A DNA stretch of 63,133 nt, counting the filler, from Octopus bimaculoides (Eukaryota), in assembly GCF_001194135.2 (NCBI RefSeq). It is 5 parts of 5 records of this genome, joined end to end, with 100 filler letters (N's around TTAATTAATTAA, not from the genome) between each part and the next. Parts side by side here need not be neighbours in the genome. Positions count along the whole stretch, not along the records: positions 24,327 to 45,619 come from NC_068984.1; 4 more parts are not named here. One strand, given 5' to 3'. Positions within the stretch are counted from its first letter, which is position 1. Each line of letters opens with the position of its first letter. Below are positions 25,684 through 39,401 of the stretch, piece after piece. Under the pieces are notes generated by a model. It made no database searches, was not told where the DNA came from, and saw only the letters and a list, made by a program, of their open reading frames with translations. A program made the translations under genes and the position numbers.

Positions 25684-28161
25684 NNNNNNNNNNNNNNNNN
25701 NNNNNNNNNNNNNNNNNNNNNNNNNNNNNNNNNNNNNNNNNNNNNNNNNNNNNNNNNNNNNNNNNNNNNNNNNNNNNNNNNNNNNNNNNNNNNNNNNNNN
25801 NNNNNNNNNNNNNNNNNNNNNNNNNNNNNNNNNNNNNNNNNNNNNNNNNNNNNNNNNNNNNNNNNNNNNNNNNNNNNNNNNNNNNNNNNNNNNNNNNNNN
25901 NNNNNNNNNNNNNNNNNNNNNNNNNNNNNNNNNNNNNNNNNNNNNNNNNNNNNNNNNNNNNNNNNNNNNNNNNNNNNNNNNNNNNNNNNNNNNNNNNNNN
26001 NNNNNNNNNNNNNNNNNNNNNNNNNNNNNNNNNNNNNNNNNNNNNNNNNNNNNNNNNNNNNNNNNNNNNNAAAAGTTCTTTCTAAGACAGGAGAGTGAAA
26101 AAGGGAGATGAATATATGTGCGTGCGCGAGAGTCTGCGAGTGTGTGTGTGATAACAGAACGTGTGTGTGCGTATGTATGCGTGTGTGTGTGTGTGTGTGC
26201 ATGGTTTGGTGGTTTATCTGTTAGTGTGTTTGTGTGTGTGTGTGTGTGTGTATGACGTAGTGGAAGGAATTAGTAGCAGGAATGGTTAGTGGATGCTTAT
26301 AGACAGTGTTAGGCGGCAGGTCAACAGGCGGTCTTTTGAGTATGTGTGTGTTCGTGTTTGTGTGGGGTTCTAGGTGTTGGGTACGTGTACGTGTGTGTGT
26401 GTGTTTATGTGTGTTTATGTGTGTATGTATGTGTGTTTCCGTGTGCGTGTGTGTGCGCGTGTGTGTTATGTATGTGAGTGAGTATTGTGTATGTGAGAAG
26501 TGTGTGTGCGTGTGTGCATGTGTGTATATGTGTATGTGTGCATGTGTGTATATGTGTATGTGTGTTGTGTATGTGTGTGTGTGTGGTTTTGTGTATGTGA
26601 GAGGTGTGTATGTGTGTGTTTATATATATATGTATATGTATGTATGTATGTATGTATATATGTAAGTATTTATGAACGTATATATGAATGTATGTATCCA
26701 TAATGTATGTTTGTATTATATATGGATATAAATGCACCGATGGGAATGTTTTTGTCTCTCTCTGATGTTGAATGTCAATGAAATTTTTACAGAAAATTGA
26801 TGGCTTTCCGCAATTCACATATTTCAATACTATTTAACATGCATAATTTAAATCTTATGAAGGATATACTTGAAGTGAGAATGGATCAATAATAGCATTG
26901 CTTCGATATAATACAACAAAATATATTTAATTTCATATACTTCATTTAGAGATTATTAAAAATATTCTTGTGCTAAATGAATAAAAACTGCATCCTCGTA
27001 ATATTTTTTACATTTGATTGTATTTCAGTGCATTAAGTCATAAATCTTTTCTTTCTATATTAAAATGCGTAGTCAAAAACTCTAAGTATAAAGCACATTT
27101 TAATTTCCCCATACCCATGATACATGGCTCCCAAGGGAGCGACGCGCTCTTGTCTTACACTAATATATCTCATACATCCATATAACCGAAAACGTACTCT
27201 GCATGCACACTCAGACACGCACATATACACACACGCGCACATCCACATACACACACACACATGAACACACACATATGAACACACATTCACGTATACACAC
27301 ACATCATTCATACATAGAACTCTAAACACAAATGTGTTGTTCACCTATTAAATATGGTTCCTCTAACTGTTAAATATCTTTCCTTCTTAATCCTAAGTTC
27401 CTACATTCATTTTCTTGCATGTGAAAATCATTCCACAGAACACGTTCGTCTTTACATCTCCATTTCTTCATTCCTTTATTTTTCTCGTCTTTTCTTTGAT
27501 GTAGGACAAATATCTCAAATCCCAAGAACATTCGTAAAGGAGTCCTTCTTTCGTTATTCCAGCTTAAAGCTAATATCATAACTTCGTATCTCCATTACTC
27601 CTGTGTTTGTGTAATCCTTCAGATATGTAAATATTAAAAAAATAGAAATATCGGTGTCGGACGGAGGCAACTTGTCATTTAAATCATATTACTGTATTCT
27701 CGTCTCCGAATTTGGCATTCGAAATGTCATGTATTAGGTCGTCGACTATATGTTTATGACCTAACGGTTCTTGTTTGTGAGATGTAGTTAATCTGAATTC
27801 CTTAGCTTCAGTTCTTTGTCTCATTAATGTCAAAGATGTCTTTGACATTCTTTTTTCTACTGAAGGTCACGGCATTTCGAACCACGAAACGTTATATCTA
27901 ATATAAGTTATTACCTTAACTTTGTTTTCGAATTCAACGTATCCTGTTTCAATTGCATGGAATATCTTTTCAAGTAGCTTCATATATTATTGGTTTTCTT
28001 TGCTAATTAACAATCTGATTGTTATGAATACGTGGTATCTAAAGTCTGACTTTGTTTTAAACTACTGTATTTATTAAAATATTTATTAAAAATAATCTTC
28101 ACATGCATGTTTTCTTATACAAAGATTACATAGTCAATGTCGTCACACAAAGGAGACTAAG

Positions 28162-28391
28162 GCGGTGAACTGGCAGTAATGTTAGCAGCCGGGCGAAATG
28201 CTTAGCGGTATTTCGTCTGCCGTTACGTTCTGATTTCAAATTCCGCCGAGGTCGACTTTGCCTTTCATCCTTTCGGGATCGATAAATTAAGTACCAGTAT
28301 GCACTGGGGTCAATGTAATCAACTTAATCCCTTTGTTTGTCCTTGTTTGTCTCCTCTATGTTTAGCCCCTTGTGGGCAATAAAGAAATAAG
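28162..28391 (+). mobile_element. tRNA-derived SINE family C (Meta-domain-like core) with 13-bp TSD
   Basis: Core gtcgactttgcctttcatcctttcgggatcgataaattaagtaccag; TSD aaaggagactaag at 28149-28161 and 28392-28404. Confidence 0.9.
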
Positions 28392-30336
28392 AAAGGAGAC
28401 TAAGTAAACTTTCAATACGTTGTAATCTGCTCCCAAGACAACCACAAAGACATTAACTAAAGTATCACTTATCACTACGAATCCACGATATGGAATGTTC
28501 ACAGGAAGTTGATTTTCACAACTTGTCAACGATCTTTCCCCTTTGGAAAATTAGTTCTAACATACTGAGAATGTAGTGTATATAATGTAGGGATCAGTAA
28601 TTAATTGACATATGATGTGTCTATCTCACATTATATCCCATTCATTATATCGACTCATTGATTATGCTTGATTTTCTGTAATTAAATATTTGCGTTGGAT
28701 CTTAAGTATACTTCATAAGCAAATACTGTGGTTAATACGTTCATTAAAAGACAGTAAACACAACTGCCAGGGTGCTCTATATTACAGGGCGATGCTGAGG
28801 TATTTAACTCCTTACGTCATTGAGCAGACAAGAATGCATAGAAACATACATACACACGCACAACCATATATATATATATATATANNNNNNNNNNNNNNNN
28901 NNNNNNNNNNNNNNNNNNNNNNNNNNNNNNNNNNNNNNNNNNNNNNNNNNNNNNNNNNNNNNNNNNNNNNNNNNNNNNNNNNNNNNNNNNNNNNNNNNNN
29001 NNNNNNNNNNNNNNNNNNNNNNNNNNNNNNNNNTATACGTACGTTAATGTACACCCAATCAACCAAGCATACACATACACACATGAACACGCACGCACAC
29101 ACATATACACACGTATATATATATTGTGTATGGTGAATGAGAATATCGGTACGGTTAGTGCTGTGCTATTTGGAGAAGTATTTAGAGTAGTTAATCGAAG
29201 TTGTTAGCTGAGGTATACTTAATGTACACATACAGAAACACATTCACACATAAACACGTATGTATATTCTTAGTTGTCATTTATTCCAGTTTTTGGCAGA
29301 AGACTCAATCAAGGGATTTTCAGGTTTAGTAAATATGACAATGGATTAATCTGTTCACATATCTAGAAGTATGTACTGATATATTTCTCCTTGTTGGATG
29401 GGTGTGGATTTTTCTTTAGTAAGTAGGTGTTTCCCGAGGTTTTATGTATGCGTTACGCCATGTGCGCAAGTGACATTGCGCTCGTGTTGATTCCAGAATA
29501 GTTAAATAAAGGATCAATGATGAAAGGGATATGAACCAAATTCTTTGATTCATTTTTTCTTTAAAAGCTCATAAATTTCAAAGCTTTTATTTTAGAATTA
29601 AAATCTATAGACTGGAAACAAGTTATCTTAGATGTTCTCGTTATCCGCATATTCACATCTGTTACTCAAATGAATGTTAAACAGTGCATGGCATTTGTTC
29701 TCTTTATCAAAGAACAATATTTAGTCTGTATTGTTGCATAAGTTTGCATAAAGGTTTCACTGGTATATCAGAGAACATTTTGATTACATTCTACTTACAA
29801 TCTGATTAAATTCTAGTTGTATTCTGCTTCTCGTACCATTGGTATGACCACGAGAAATATCTCTGCTATGGTATCATTGCGTATAGTTTTGTGCAACAAA
29901 ACTGTGTTTCGTGGAAAGTTAGATTTTTCTAGACATGGTGATGCAGTTGCTGGTGTTGTGAAAGATACTTCCCATTTATGTATGACACTGTCATATATCT
30001 GTCTGAAACTTGGTCTTTCTTTACGCAATATATTCCATCGCTAATCTTGACCCTGATAAACGAAAACTTATAGAGTAAGATATTAGGTGATAAGCTTATC
30101 ACAGGTCTCAGATAATTTACCCTGTCTGTCAGTATTGTTGGTATCCTCTAGTTTAATGGATGCGGACTCTTCATTATTCAGATTGATATGATGAGTGCTT
30201 CCCCTTCTATTTTCCGGGTTAGTTCAGATACACTAAGCACATGTAAAACTGAGGGCATCTACTTAGGAGGGCTTCAGCTACTCTTAAGCTATCATTTTCT
30301 CTATTGAGTACATGTGTAATTAATTCATTTACTTAC

Positions 30337-30544
30337 TTAGTCTCCATTATATGTTGGTAAGTGATATATGTGACACTCAAAGGCCATTCGTTCTGACCTT
30401 TTGCCATTGCCTTCATTATTTTACTTAACTTGTATTCATTGAGTGCTATTGTTGATTTAAATGTTCCAGTACTGATTGAAGTGGTTAGAATCTTTCTAGT
30501 CACTGAATGAATGCATTGTTGAGCAGAGTGCTCCTGAGTCATGG
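30337..30544 (-). CDS. Weak candidate exon, unknown product
   Basis: 208-nt open frame (MTQEHSAQ...GQNEWPL...IMET) ending at a strong AA|GTAAGT donor; acceptor weak. Confidence 0.2.
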
Positions 30545-31369
30545 CTAGACATCCATATTATGACATGTTTATTCACATTATTTTGAAGCCCGGATAATTA
30601 GTTATTTTAGGCAAAGACTTAATTTTAAATAGGGAAGTCAGTATTTTACTTCATTTTATATACCTCGGTTTAACCAGAGTGTGCCACATTTTCTTTTTTT
30701 TTAATCGCTGCAACACTGTTATATGCCGGAATACAAAATTCTCTCCCGCTCTGTTGATGATTATGACTGGGGTAACCAGTTACGTCTATCTTTGTTCATC
30801 ATTCAAAGTTCCGTTGGAAATGATGACATTAAGGCCAATTATTTTACGAGCTTATATGCAAGTATGTGTTTATATATGTATGTGTACGTCTACGAATTTT
30901 ATATTATCTTCTATATGCGATGTAGCATAAATGAAATAAGGTTAGCAATTAGAAGAAATAAATAAAAAGAGAGTTAATATTTTTCACAAAGAAAACTACT
31001 TCGTTTAATGTATCATTTAGGACCTATTGACCCTGGTAAAATTATACGTTTGATTAGGATTAAATGTTTTGAATGGTTGGCCACCAAATAGGTTATGAAA
31101 GAATGTTTATCCTCTGGCACTCATTCTTGAACATGAATCACTATTTACTCTCATATTTTATTCGTATTATGATGCCATGATTTTGTGTTTACTTATATCT
31201 ATCGAACCATACAATAACTATAATTAAACAAGCAACAAATACCTGAAATATAGTCATAGAGTGTATGCTACAAATTCTAAATAAATCCGACTTGAGTCAG
31301 ATTAAATAGAATCACTTCGATTTCATTCTTGTTACTTAGTTATTATGTAATCAAACGTGAGGTTATATA

Positions 31370-31407
<38 letters not shown>

Positions 31408-32007
31408 TAATATTCGTAGCCACTTAAACATGGCTGTCCGTTCGAGCGGACTCTACTGCGATTTTTTAACCCCAAGAGGACATATCCTCTAGCTAGTTAA
31501 TGATGAACAGTTGCATCTGATAAAATTGATGCCTGCGTGTGTATATAATTACACATGCGCATACGTGTTTATGTATGTAGGTATGTGATAGATAGATAGA
31601 TCGATAGATGGAGAGAGAGAGAGAGAGAGAGAGTCAGACAGACAGACAGACAGACAGACAGAGAGAGAGAGGGGGAGGGAGAGAGACAGACAGACAGAAA
31701 GATATTATTAAAAAACACTCCATTTCGAATCTATAAAACTAAGCCGAACACGGACCTAATTCAGGTGTAAAATTTCTCTTCTCCATCCGTCATATATTTG
31801 ATGTTTTGTCGGATAAAGAACGAGGAAGCCAAGTGAGTGCCCATGTTTGTTTTCGAGTACATAATTGCGAAAAAGAATTAGCAAATGCATATTGCATACT
31901 TTCAAGTCAAACTTATTTGCGAGTAGCGGTTGTAATGCTTGCGTGATGCTTAATATAAGAAAAGAATGGTCCTTTACGCTTCTCCCCCACTCTTTCTCTC
32001 TATTACT

Positions 32008-32097
<90 letters not shown>

Positions 32098-32230
32098 AAT
32101 TTAGTCGAATGATTGTGTGATCCATAAATTATGCGCAGTGCAACTGGCAGCAATTTGGTTATGTCATGCTGTTTGAGACACTCATATGCTTGATTATGTA
32201 TGTTAGTATGTGATTATGTTTATACGTACG

Positions 32231-32268
<38 letters not shown>

Positions 32269-32586
32269 TGTGTGTGTCTATGTGTGTGTGTGTGTATGTT
32301 TGCGTGTTTGTGTGTGTGTGCGTGTGTGCGCGCGTGTGTATATGTTATTTCTGAGAAACAACTTTCCTTTGGACATGTCATTTCGAATAAAAGACTGTCT
32401 TCTTTTATATTTTTATATTATTTACTTTTTTCCATATTTACGTTCCTTGCAGCATGTTTGTAACTTAGAAATTTCCAATACAATTACCATAATTTCCAGG
32501 TCTTTGTATCTTCAACATCAACGTGTGGTGATCGTAGCATATCTTTGTTCTGCCTTTGTAGTTTGTAGTAATAATGTGATAAGATT

Positions 32587-32825
32587 AGAGCGGCGAGCTG
32601 GCAGAATCGATAGCACGCCGGGCGAAATGCTTACCGGTATTTCGTCTGCCGTTACGTTCTGAGTTAAAATTCCGCCGAAGTCGATTTTGCCGTTCATCCT
32701 TTTAGGGTCGATTAAATAAGTACCAGTTACGCACTAGGGTCGATGCAATCGACTAAATCTGTCTGTCCTTGTTTGTCCCTTCTATTGTCAGCCCCTTGTG
32801 GGCAATAGCAATAAAGAAATAATTA
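32587..32825 (+). mobile_element. SINE family C copy
   Basis: Collinear with 28162-28391. Confidence 0.88.
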
Positions 32826-33199
32826 ATGTAGGTTTAATACACACTAACCAGTAGTACAGTTCAACTACTTTCTGAAACATTAAACAACATAGCTCAGCTA
32901 CTTTCAAATAATTATTTCATGCTGTTTCTCCCCAGTGTTCCTGACTGGGGCGGGGGGAATTTAAAGTTGTTTATTGCTATGAGGATTGGGCACAGAATTT
33001 TACTTACTTGCATAATAGTACATGTACAGGATTTTTTGTTTGTTTGTTTTGAAATGACTGAAATACTGAGGCACTTACGTTAACATTAAGTACACTTAAT
33101 AGACATGAGATTACGTTCGTTGTGAAAATATCTGGGAAGAGATTTACTAGATTCATAAAAGCATATTTATATTTTTAAATGTGAAATCGCGAGATCAGG

Positions 33200-33246
<47 letters not shown>

Positions 33247-33779
33247 TGAGAGAGGGGGGAAGGGGGAAGACAGTGACAGAGATTGCGGACATTTTGTCTG
33301 CTATTATGACATGGACCACCATTTATATCATCTTCAGTTTCATTTACACATTATGCTTATCTATAGGTTTCATTGCCACTCTTCTGTCATCTTTTTTCTC
33401 ACATAACATGATGCCTACTTTTAAACTTATGGAAGCCTGTTCAGCTATCTGTATATAAATTATGCTCCAACTATTAGTTAGTATACCTATCTGTTGAATA
33501 TATTTCCACGCATGTGAAACGAAAACGAACATTATATTATAGATACTATTATAAAATATGCATATGTAAGAGAGCAAACAATTCCACGAATCAAGACGCT
33601 ATGAACCCAGACGCATAAGCAGACTTACGTATGTGTGTAATATCTAGGCGCATAAAAAATATCTAAAGAGCCAATGTCTGCACTGCTTAAATGTGTTGCA
33701 TTATCATTAGCATATTTGGACGTAATGTTGAAACAGGGTTCGCACTCTCATTGATTTCCCTTGCCTATTGCCATCCTCA

Positions 33780-34290
33780 TAGCTAAGTGTCGGAGACCAC
33801 TGACGCATGCTCTATCTCCTGCGATTTCTATCTCTGGCAAGATGTCAAACACCGAAGGAAACAATTTGTGGTGGACATGTTAGTTCGATTAGATGAAGAA
33901 GAAAGCTTCTATCGAAAGATTTGTTTCAGTGAGGAAGCAACATGTCATGTAACAGGAATAATAAGCGAAACGTCAGGAAAACTAGAGAGAAACACACCAA
34001 ACGTCAATGATTGATATGGCTACATGTTTGATCAACAGTTTCGCCCATATTTCTTTGTAAAAGGAATGATTACTTCCAACACTTACCTTGACATTTTACA
34101 AGAATTTTAAGAATTAGAAATTAGAGATTCTTTGACACTCAGATTATTGTGCATGATTTTTTAATTCTGTCTTCAGAAGTATTATGAACTGCAATCCGTC
34201 TATTATATTCAACGTACCGATCCTTCTTGGACGTACTCACTAGAGTTTAGTGACGTTGATGCATCTCTAAATTCCGGTGAATACGTCCGC
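33780..34290 (+). mobile_element. Highly decayed Tc1/mariner-superfamily transposase remnant
   Basis: ORF 33787-34014 has RRKQFVVDML...FYRKICFSEEATCHVTG (FSDEATFH-like) and CDFYLW; further fragments are frameshifted. Confidence 0.6.
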
Positions 34291-36334
34291 AAATAGGTAG
34301 CTGCCATAATAGATTGAACAGTCTCGCATTAAACCATAATATTCATAGGAGAAGAAATATATGGATGGCGATGTATCTATCGCCCAGCAATCCAACAAGC
34401 CTTCTGCCTTATTTTATAAAATCCATTCTTTGCAGCATCATTCATGTTGGTCTAATATCATTGAAGGCTGTTTGGGAAGGCCCAGAATTCCAATGCTCCT
34501 AGCCAGCTGGTTTCCGCGGTTAGTTCACGAAAGTAGCGTTGAAAACTATATGCAAATGTTCGGAATTACATACCATGCACCTATTACTGCCAATCAGAGA
34601 TCAATTAGTTTCTTTGTTGCTATAAACTGCCTATATCTCTTGAATCTATTGCACTGTTTTGTCTCAGTCGTTTTCTCAAAATACACACCCTGGATCATTA
34701 TTCGTCTTTGAGTCGAGAATGTTAGACATCCATCTCACTACAAACACGTCATAAATGTTGTCTTTTTCGTTCGATTTATTAGCCCATTTTCATTTCTGAA
34801 TTACTTCATCTTGAATTAAATTACTAGCTCTGCATTTGTTATCGTTTTTAGTGAGGCCCACTGCCTGTTAATATCTGTTAACTTACATATAACGTCTACT
34901 TATCTTCGGTACTGTCATTAATACATTGGCGAGATGCAACCTCACTAACTCATTCATTTAATTAAATACATTAACCGCTAAACATCAGATTAGAGAAAAT
35001 AATGAGCATAGGAATTAAAACCTTGTAGTAATATTCCATCAAGTATGTTCTTGTATCCTTAATTGTGTTCTATGTTGTAAAGTATCCTTAACAATGTCGT
35101 TTACAGCTTCGATATTAATATTTTCATTTTGATGTAACAATGATTCAGAGTCTGTTAGATATTCTGTCTTCATTGTGTGAGTTCTTCTGGGGGTTTTTTC
35201 TCACTTCTTAACCAACATTATGCAAATATACTTGAATAAATACATCATTGCAAAATACCTGCAGTGAAGTGAATTTCTTTCAACTATTTTCAGACATTCA
35301 TTTTGTAGTATTTTAACGAATATTTAAGTGCGTGATTTCAAACATATTCAAGTGCATGCCGTTTAATTGAGTCACTTTTATGCGATTAATTGTGTTATTT
35401 CAAAATGTTCAATCTAATACTTCAGCTGAAATTGTTATAATGAAGTATACCCACGATTCTTCTCTAATACAAGTGTTTCCATTTAGACAAAACTGAAAAT
35501 AGTCCAGTGATATTTTCTAATTTATATGCACGTCTATTTATACATAGCTTAATATCGTATGCTTGAGTGTAGACAATTAGAAAATGATCACAAATTTGGA
35601 GCGCTGTATAGAACGAATCATAGCAATTTAATTTTTATCCTAAAATGATTAAGATCAAATCGCGGCAATGAGTTGTTAAATAGTCAAGCATAAGAATGTC
35701 AAAGTTTCTCAAGTAAGTTATAATGATTTTGTGATGCAGAACTAGTTTTAAAGAAAAGAATGTGTATGATATAGCAGGGGAAGTTACAGTGAACTTAGAA
35801 TATATATTAATACTAGCATTTATCCCAATAACTTCTAAGATCTAGTCCTATATCAGGCACTTTTTAAAACTCAGTAATGTGTTTTTTTCCTCTATGCTTA
35901 TCTGTAAAAATATCTAAGTTTATACTGAGATAGAAAAAGAAATATATAATATAAAAGTAAGCAATAATCTATCATTGAAAGAAAGAAAGAGAGAAACAAC
36001 TAATGGTAAAACTACATTTTATTTTTACTTGCATCAATTAATAACCAATGACCCGGAGTTTGGGTTCGTTTATAGCAACATATAAATTTCATTCCAGACA
36101 ATGTTTTCCCACTACGGTCAGAATACGTTAATAACCAGATTTTAATGTTCCAAACTTACATTGTTTTGGATAAGAATTGCTTCAACGTTAAATTTTATCA
36201 ACTAATTTATATATTATAAAAAAAAATAAACAAGAGAAATAAGATTCTGTACGTGCTTGTCTATAAAACGTATGTATTTTAAAACCAAATATGTGATGGA
36301 ATGTGATTTACTTAATGAATACTCGACAAACAAT

Positions 36335-36711
36335 GGAGGCGCAATGGCCCAGTGGTTAGGGCAGCGGACTTGCGGTCATAGGATCGCGGTTTCGATTCCC
36401 AGACCGGGCGTTGTGAGTGTTTATTGCACGAAAACACCTAAAGATCCACGAGGCTCCGGCAGGGGATGGTGGCGAACCCTACTGTACTCGTCCTCTACAA
36501 CTCTCTCTTATTTCCTGTTTCTGTTGTGCCTGTAATTCAAAGGGCCAGCCTTGTCACACTGTGTCACGCTGAATATCCCCGAGAACTACGTTAAGGGTAC
36601 ACGTGTCTGTGGAGTACTCAGCCACTTGCATGTTAATTTCACGAGCAGGCTGTTCCGTTGATCGGATCAACTGGAACCCTTGACGTCGTAAGCGACGAAG
36701 TGCCAACAACA
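36335..36711 (+). mobile_element. SINE family B, full length, with TSD
   Basis: A/B boxes, (CAA)n tail; TSD actcgacaaaca at 36321-36332 and 36712-36723. Confidence 0.93.
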
Positions 36712-36759
36712 ACTCGACAAACACTATCTTAATAATTCGGAATTTTATGATCTCCTTTA

Positions 36760-38010
36760 TACATAATGTGTTCATACTATTTCAAAGCACCCTGTTTACT
36801 TTTATATGCACTGTACATAGCAAGGTTGATTTTGTATGACACCATTTTTGAAGTTTCGACTGGATTGACTCTAATGCCTCGATTATGGTTGCTTTCACAT
36901 TTACTTGACTTTTTCACATATCAAATAGTCTTGCCATCTTCATTTTTAGCTCGGAATACTTGATTTTTTAAAACCTATTTATTCGCAATATTCATGTCAC
37001 TTGGTATGGCTGCGTCAATGATCTTGACAATATTCGTCGCTCTTATTCAATACAACCGTGTCCGGTCAGCGATACTCTGTTACTCTAGCAGTCAGAAAGA
37101 AGTACACCCAGAATATCATGGATTTTCCACCTTCCTATATTACTTTACTAGGTAGATGCTCATACCAATTCTTTGTTACATCGTATTGCTATTTACGACA
37201 TAAAAGCCATTGTAGGTGCAAACAGAAATTATCATGGCAGCGCTTGTATTCTTTGTGCACAAGGCTTTTACATCCGATTATCAAGTGGGTTACATTTTCC
37301 AAATTCTTTCCTCTGAGTCTGCATTTCTGTCTGCCAGAGGTTTCGTAGATATGTTACTTCACGAATTGGTCGCAAGCACTTGGTCTTGTGATATAATCAT
37401 ATGGCTTTCAGTGGTGCGTTTCATATCGATTTGCTTAGGCCATACCCATGATGGTGTGTTATACTTGATATCTGTGGATCTCCTTCAAACTAGCCCTTCT
37501 TTCTCATTTCCAGGACTTCATTTCTCTTCTGTTCTACTTTGTAGCTGAACTCTTACTTATGAAGCACTTCGTCGGTATTTGTACCCATATTATCTGCTGC
37601 GTAATGCAACAAATCTTCGTCATTGTTGACTAAATATTCTGCAAGTGTTCTCCTTTTACTCCTTATAAAATAATCTACATTAATGAGACATTTACAATTA
37701 TTCCTTCTCTTCATCAACACTCTGTTTATATTTTCTTTAGAGCGTAAAGCTCTGTACAATGTTATTACATTTCTCATCGTTCTATCCATATTTGATATTT
37801 CTTCTGCATTTCATCTGATAACGAATACATGATAACTAATCACTGCAACTGACCAGGTATACATTGCAGTGATAAGATTTCTCGCATTTAGGTTCTATTT
37901 TAAAATCACTTCTGCCTTTTTGAAAATATACATCTCTAAACTTATCTTTCATTTCTGCTTGTATAAAATCATCCAGTCCGAAAATACTCAAATGCTTGTA
38001 TCTACTATCT
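36760..38010 (-). mobile_element. R4/Dong-like non-LTR retrotransposon remnant (RT C-terminus and restriction-like endonuclease)
   Basis: MDRTMRNVITLYRALRSKENINRV (37553-37789) and PDTVVLNK...IIDAAIPSD near 36990-37065 (PD-D/ExK RLE motif); many stops. Confidence 0.75.
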
Positions 38011-38231
38011 TCCGGTTCCGGTTACCTTATCTCTCCCAAAGGTAGCAGTAATCCACTACTGGCGATTTTATTCCCCCTTTTCCTACTATGTACAGAGCAT
38101 CTGGAAATATCATATTCTGTGGGGATGTCGCTGCTACATATCTGGACTACTTTAAACAAATAATTTATTTGATTTATAATTATTTCTATTTCATTTCTAA
38201 GAGTTCTCAATTTCAATTGCTCCGACTAATT

Positions 38232-38266
38232 GCAGTAGCAGTAGCAGTAGCAGCAGTAGCAGCAGC

Positions 38267-38332
<66 letters not shown>
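38232..38332. repeat. (GCAGTA)/(GTA)n microsatellite followed by a decayed SINE C (about 38335-38545)
   Basis: Direct reading. Confidence 0.9.
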
Positions 38333-38333
<1 letters not shown>

Positions 38334-39037
38334 AGGGGAATATCTGGCGGAATCTATAGCGTGCCGAGCAAAATGCTTAACAGCCTCTATTCTGACTCTT
38401 TACTTTCTGCGTTCAAACCCTGTCGATGTTAGCGTTGTCCCTCCACTGTTTTGGATCGATAAAATAAAGTACTAGTGAAACACTGGGGTTGGTGTAATCG
38501 ACTAATCTTGTCTCCTCAAATGTCGTTAGCATTGTGTCTAAATTAGAAACCTGTGTTATAATTGTTGTTTTGGCATTTGTTGATAACATTTCTTTTTGTT
38601 ATTTCGTGTGAACATATGTGCTGCTAGAGTGCTATGAGGAGAAAAACTGAATTGCGTAATCAATGAGCATATTTTCCTTTGTTTTTATTCTTGCATACTG
38701 TATAGGTCCTTACGAACAGCCGCTTGTTGTAATGCTTGGGGTAAACAAAGAGTTATTTATATATAACTTTTAGACCAGACAGAAAGTAGGAGTCACTAAT
38801 AGTAAAGTAGTTGTACTGGATACGCTCTCAGCAACGAAATAATTTTCGAATACACATTACCGAGTTTCATAAAACCCTTGACGATTGAGATAAAGGTAAA
38901 GGAAAAGTAAAATAACAATGAAAGAAAGCGATGCATTTTAAACAGATAGTCCTAATTTGAGGCCTGAAAACAGAAATAAGAGCGATATTAACGAGACCGT
39001 TAACAAGTTGATAAGCAGTATAAGCATTACTAGCAAT

Positions 39038-39401
39038 TGTTGTTGTTGGCACTCCGTCGCTTACGATGTCGAGTGTTCCAGTTGATCGATCAACGGAACA
39101 GCCTGCTCGTGAAATTAACGTGCAAGTGGCTGAGCACTCCACAGACACGCGTACCCTTAATGTAGTTCTCGGAGATATTCAGCCTGACACAGTGTGACAA
39201 GGCTGACCCTTTGAATTGCAGGCACACCAGAAACAGGAAGTAAGAGTGAGAGAAAGATGTGGTGGAAGAGTACAGCAGGGTTCGCCACTATCCCCTGCCG
39301 GAGCCTCGTGGAGCTTTAGGTGTTTTTGCTCAATAAACACTCACAACGCCCGGTCTGGGAATCGTAACCGCTGCCCTAACCACTGGGCCATTGCGCCTCC
39401 A
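39038..39401 (-). mobile_element. SINE family B with 13-bp TSD and a small internal deletion in the tRNA head
   Basis: TSD cattactagcaat at 39025-39037 and 39402-39414; about 20 bp missing between ...aaccg and ctgccc. Confidence 0.93.

Noticed and set aside
26306-26827. C/V/M/Y- and H/T/I-rich ORFs (also 5.5k, 32.2k, 42.3k, 46.8k, 62.6k)
   Set aside because: Translations of (TG)n/(TA)n/(ATAC)n microsatellites.
31425-31500. Two small hairpins followed by CTAG (possible Helitron 3' end)
   Set aside because: Spacing is non-canonical and no matching 5' TC end or second copy was seen.
36335-36410. tRNA-like sequences with A/B boxes (all family B and C heads)
   Set aside because: They continue into SINE bodies and lack a CCA/acceptor-stem end; SINE heads, not tRNA genes.
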